From Lachnospiraceae bacterium (lineage in GTDB: Bacteria > Bacillota > Clostridia > Lachnospirales > Lachnospiraceae): a DNA stretch of 64,000 nt. Positions 58,799-64,000 of this stretch are shown here, piece by piece. Position 1 is the stretch's first letter; each line of letters begins with the position of its first letter. The position numbers and the translations under genes are program-made. Location: contig JAFZKG010000112.1 of NCBI GenBank assembly GCA_017553695.1, positions 19,975 to 83,974 on the forward strand. The letters run 5' to 3'. The notes beneath the pieces are model-generated. The model saw nothing but the letters and a program-made list of their open reading frames with translations, ran no database searches and was not told the DNA's origin.

Positions 58799-59539
58799 AT
58801 GAGTGATAACAAGATCATAGAAATCAAGCATCTGGGGAAGACCTTCGGAAAGAACGAAGTTCTGAAAGACATTAACTTCGAGATCAACGAAGGTGACGTG
58901 ACCTGTATCATCGGAGCATCCGGATCCGGAAAATCCACCATGCTCCGCTGCATCAATCTGTTGGAAACACCGACCGCTGGCGAGATACTGTTCAAGGGAT
59001 CGGACATTACCAAAGAAAAGAATGTCGCGGCTTACCGCGCGAAGGTCGGCATGTGCTTCCAGAGTTTTAATCTGTTCAGCAATATGACGGCTCTGAAGAA
59101 TTGCATGGTCGGCCCGATGAAGGTGCTGAAAAAATCCAAACAGGAAGCAGAGCAGGATGCACTTTTCTTTTTAAATAAGGTCGGAATGGGGCCGTACATC
59201 AAGGCAAAGCCGAGACAGCTTTCGGGCGGACAGCAGCAGCGTGTCGCAATCGCCAGGGCGCTGGCCATGCATCCGGATGTGCTCCTGTTTGACGAGCCGA
59301 CATCCGCACTGGATCCGCAGATGGTCGGAGAAGTGCTGGAAGTCATGAAGACACTGGCCAAAGAAGGTCTGACGATGATCATCGTCACACACGAAATGGC
59401 ATTCGCAAGAGACGTTTCCAATCACGTCGTATACATGCAGGACGGCGTGATCTGGGAAGAGGGGACACCGCAGGAGATCTTCGGTGATCCGCAAAAACAG
59501 GAAACGAAAGATTTCCTGTCACGCTTTATTAATATGTAA
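58799..59539 (+). CDS. amino-acid ABC transporter ATP-binding protein
   Basis: 246 aa. Walker A 'GASGSGKST', signature '[15 protein letters not shown]' and Walker B '[12 protein letters not shown]'. Confidence 0.95.
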   Translation: MSDNKIIEIKHLGKTFGKNEVLKDINFEINEGDVTCIIGASGSGKSTMLRCINLLETPTAGEILFKGSDITKEKNVAAYRAKVGMCFQSFNLFSNMTALKNCMVGPMKVLKKSKQEAEQDALFFLNKVGMGPYIKAKPRQLSGGQQQRVAIARALAMHPDVLLFDEPTSALDPQMVGEVLEVMKTLAKEGLTMIIVTHEMAFARDVSNHVVYMQDGVIWEEGTPQEIFGDPQKQETKDFLSRFINM

Positions 59540-59569
59540 GTATTTCATTTTCGTTTATTCCTCATAAAA

Positions 59570-59612
59570 AATCGTTCACGTGTGGCATATGTTGTATGTG
59601 AACGATTTTTTT
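59570..59612 (+). terminator. rho-independent terminator after the ABC operon
   Basis: AATCGTTCAC / GTGAACGATT stem followed by TTTTT. Confidence 0.75.
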
Positions 59613-59649
59613 ATCCCATATCTTGGGGAAGTAAGGAAAAGAAATAGCA

Positions 59650-59678
59650 TTGACTTTTGTAACACTTACTGGTATATT
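59650..59678 (+). promoter_or_regulatory. candidate sigma-A promoter for the NlpC/P60 gene
   Basis: TTGACT (59650-59655), 17-nt spacer, TATATT (59673-59678). Confidence 0.5.
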
Positions 59679-59723
59679 ATGAAATAGAATTGTAATAATT
59701 TCGTAACAATTGTTTTTGATAAT

Positions 59724-60986
59724 ATGAAATTTTTCAAAGAACGAATAGAACTACTTTTCTTTATAGTGGCGGCGGCAGTCCTTCTTGCGGGAATCGGCTT
59801 CATGAGTGTGAGAGAAGCGAGCGCGCTGGAAAAAGCGGAGAGCACAAACGAAGATCTCATGCAGGAGTTGTCTGTCCCATCTGCAGGTCTCGGTGACATC
59901 GTCAGCGATTATGTCGGAGCAGCAGGAGAAAAATCAATCGACCTGCTTTCTACCACTGCGGTGGCAGCAGAACTCACAGATTATAATGAATATTATGACA
60001 GCAACGGCGGAATCCTTGGTAAACTGATCGTCTGCAATGTAGATACAGCGGTGCCTGTATATGATCGTATTCCTGGCAACGAGCGTGTGGAACGTGGTGA
60101 CACACAGATGGCTCAGATCGTCGGCCGCATGGAAAAAGGCGACATCGCGACGCTGATCGGAGAAAGTGGTTTCTGGTATCAGATCGTTGCAGATTCATTC
60201 CATGGTTACGTGAACGCCGACCTGTTTGCAACCGGCAAGGATGCAGAAGCATTGAATGATGCCACCTGGATGCGCATTGCCGTTGTAAATGATGAAGAAC
60301 TGATGCTGAATGTGGAGCCGGATTATAACAGTGAACTGCTGGGTCTTCTTTCCGACGGACTTTGGTTTGAAGTCGTGGAGGAAGGCGATGAGTTTTCACT
60401 GATCAGGGTTCCGGACGTCGGGGAAGGCTGGGTCGAGAATGCTTATGTAGTATTCCAGACGGTGCGGCGAGTCGGCATCTCCAATGAAGATTCCGCATAC
60501 CGTGCGCAGAAGATCGCGGAATGCGTGAGCGCTGCAGAAGACTTTCTGGAAGAGCAGGAAGAGGCAGCATATTGGGAAGAGATACAGCAGAAATTTGCGC
60601 ATATCGATCCGAGTATTCCGGATTCGGATGATGTGGCTGCACTGCGTGAGGCAGTGGCAAACTACGCACAGCAGTTTGTCGGCTGGTTACCATATGTGTA
60701 TGGCGGCAATTCTTTGGAATCTGGCGCGGACTGCTGCGGATTTACACAGGCAATCTACCGTGAATTCGGATATGATATCCCGCGGACGACGGATGGACAG
60801 ATGTACGGCGGCATGGCAGTTTCCCTGGATGATATCCGCCCTGGCGACATCATTTATTATGGAGGCCATGTAGCACTTTACATCGGAGGTGACACCGTTG
60901 TCCATGAGCCGGTCCCGGGCGATGTCTGCAGTTATCAGAGCATGTACATGATGCCAATTTACGGCGTAGTCCGATATATCAATTAG
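59724..60986 (+). CDS. NlpC/P60 (C40) peptidoglycan hydrolase with SH3-like repeats
   Basis: 420 aa. N-terminal TM anchor, two SH3b-like segments ('GDIATLIGESGFWYQI' and 'EFSLIRVPDVGEGWVE'), catalytic 'GADCCGFTQAIY' and 'GHVALYIGG'. Confidence 0.88.
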   Translation: MKFFKERIELLFFIVAAAVLLAGIGFMSVREASALEKAESTNEDLMQELSVPSAGLGDIVSDYVGAAGEKSIDLLSTTAVAAELTDYNEYYDSNGGILGKLIVCNVDTAVPVYDRIPGNERVERGDTQMAQIVGRMEKGDIATLIGESGFWYQIVADSFHGYVNADLFATGKDAEALNDATWMRIAVVNDEELMLNVEPDYNSELLGLLSDGLWFEVVEEGDEFSLIRVPDVGEGWVENAYVVFQTVRRVGISNEDSAYRAQKIAECVSAAEDFLEEQEEAAYWEEIQQKFAHIDPSIPDSDDVAALREAVANYAQQFVGWLPYVYGGNSLESGADCCGFTQAIYREFGYDIPRTTDGQMYGGMAVSLDDIRPGDIIYYGGHVALYIGGDTVVHEPVPGDVCSYQSMYMMPIYGVVRYIN

Positions 60987-61028
60987 AGGAATACTACGCG
61001 TGATATTTATTTAGAATTTTTTGTGAAA

Positions 61029-61052
61029 TGGCTCCCAATGGGAGCTGTTTTA
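61029..61052 (+). terminator. short hairpin terminator after the NlpC/P60 gene
   Basis: GCTCCC-AAT-GGGAGC hairpin followed by TGTTTTATGTT. The loop is very short. Confidence 0.45.
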
Positions 61053-61087
61053 TGTTAAAATTAAAAAAAGTGGAAAGGGGTGATACC

Positions 61088-61615
61088 ATGAAGTACACGA
61101 TTACAGGCAGAAATGTGGAAATTACAGAAAGTCTGAAAGCAGCGATCCAGGAAAAGATCGGCAAGCTGGACAGATACTTTTCACAGGATACCGTTGCACA
61201 TATCACTTTGAGCGTGGAAAAAAGCCGTCAGATCATTGAGGTCACCATTCCGGTAAAAGGCGGGATCATCCGCGCAGAGCAGTCCAATTCCGACATGTAT
61301 GTGTCGATCGACCTGGTGGAAGAGGCTATCGAGTCTCAGCTGAAGAAATATAAGAACAAACTGATCGACAGGTATCAGGATAAAAAGAATTTTTCAAAAG
61401 AGTTTATCGAGGAAAAAGTAGACGATGAGGAGGAGATCCGCATCGTCAAGACCAAACGCTTTGATTTCAAACCGATGGATCCGGAAGAAGCCTGCATGCA
61501 GATGGAGCTTCTGGGCCATGATTTCTTTGTTTTTACAAACGGAGAGACCAACCAGATCAATGTCGTCTATAAAAGAAAGAATAATACGTATGGTCTGATC
61601 GAACCGGAATTTTAA
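61088..61615 (+). CDS. hpf: ribosome hibernation-promoting factor (long HPF)
   Basis: Start taken at ATG 61088 (MKYTITGRNVEITESLK..) after the RBS GGAAAGGGG. C-terminal dimerisation domain 'KPMDPEEACMQMELLGHDFFVFTN'. Confidence 0.92.
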   Translation: MKYTITGRNVEITESLKAAIQEKIGKLDRYFSQDTVAHITLSVEKSRQIIEVTIPVKGGIIRAEQSNSDMYVSIDLVEEAIESQLKKYKNKLIDRYQDKKNFSKEFIEEKVDDEEEIRIVKTKRFDFKPMDPEEACMQMELLGHDFFVFTNGETNQINVVYKRKNNTYGLIEPEF

Positions 61616-61706
61616 GGTGGATCGGATACGGGCAAACATACAAAGGATCAATTATGCGCCGTGCCAAATGCGCGGCGCAAATCTTGAAAACAGGAGTAAT
61701 TCATAA

Positions 61707-64000
<2,294 letters not shown>

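Noticed and set aside
59613-59723. Cyclic-di-AMP (ydaO-type) riboswitch upstream of the NlpC/P60 hydrolase
   Set aside because: Only about 45 nt lie between the candidate -10 box and the start codon, far too short for that aptamer. No conserved motifs were seen.

Overview
This 64-kb chromosomal window looks like a Firmicutes/Clostridia-type genome. That assignment is inferred from gene content, AGGAGG-type ribosome-binding sites, sigma-A-like promoters and tRNA genes that do not encode CCA. All calls rest on by-eye motif recognition; no database search was run.

The flanks are housekeeping. On the left are valS, a yigZ/IMPACT-like gene, a class A PBP and dapA-dapB. On the right are an HtrA-like protease, an unusually long clpX, and tRNA-Arg. 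These are followed by a DUF1700 protein, a THUMP RNA methyltransferase, a papain-like peptidase, rdgB and tRNA-Pro. Next come a MATE exporter, a B12/radical-SAM protein and a Gly-Arg-His-Gln-Lys tRNA array. The window ends with a lysine riboswitch controlling an amino-acid ABC transporter, an NlpC/P60 hydrolase, hpf and the 5' part of secA.

The centre, about 8.2-45.3 kb, is a ~37-kb cell-envelope glycopolymer locus. It consists of one divergent gene plus two tightly packed co-directional operons, separated by a rho-independent terminator near 31.2 kb.

The first operon (10.3-31.2 kb) is the most unusual part.
- It holds three MBOAT membrane acyltransferases, each next to an extracytoplasmic SGNH/DltD- or AlgJ/DHHW-type partner.
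- It holds two different small carrier proteins, an FkbH-like HAD-IIIC loader and a stand-alone DltA-like adenylation enzyme.
- It holds a block of thioester/sugar-tailoring enzymes: an FAD oxidoreductase, a MaoC hot-dog, an SDR, a Rossmann protein, a TIM-barrel isomerase and a SAM methyltransferase.
- It also holds an AT3 acyltransferase, two GT2 enzymes and a terminal esterase.

I read this operon as a multi-channel, carrier-protein-dependent (Dlt-like) system for acylating a wall polysaccharide. I do not recognise this combination as a characterised pathway.

The second operon (31.3-45.3 kb) encodes the UDP-L-FucNAc pathway (capF/E/G homologues) and a WbuB-like GT4. It also encodes a GT2+DUF2304 pair, two large GT-C-like membrane proteins, a Wzx flippase, a tandem GT8 fusion and an LCP ligase.

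I saw no CRISPR array, IS element, prophage or recognisable defence/toxin module.
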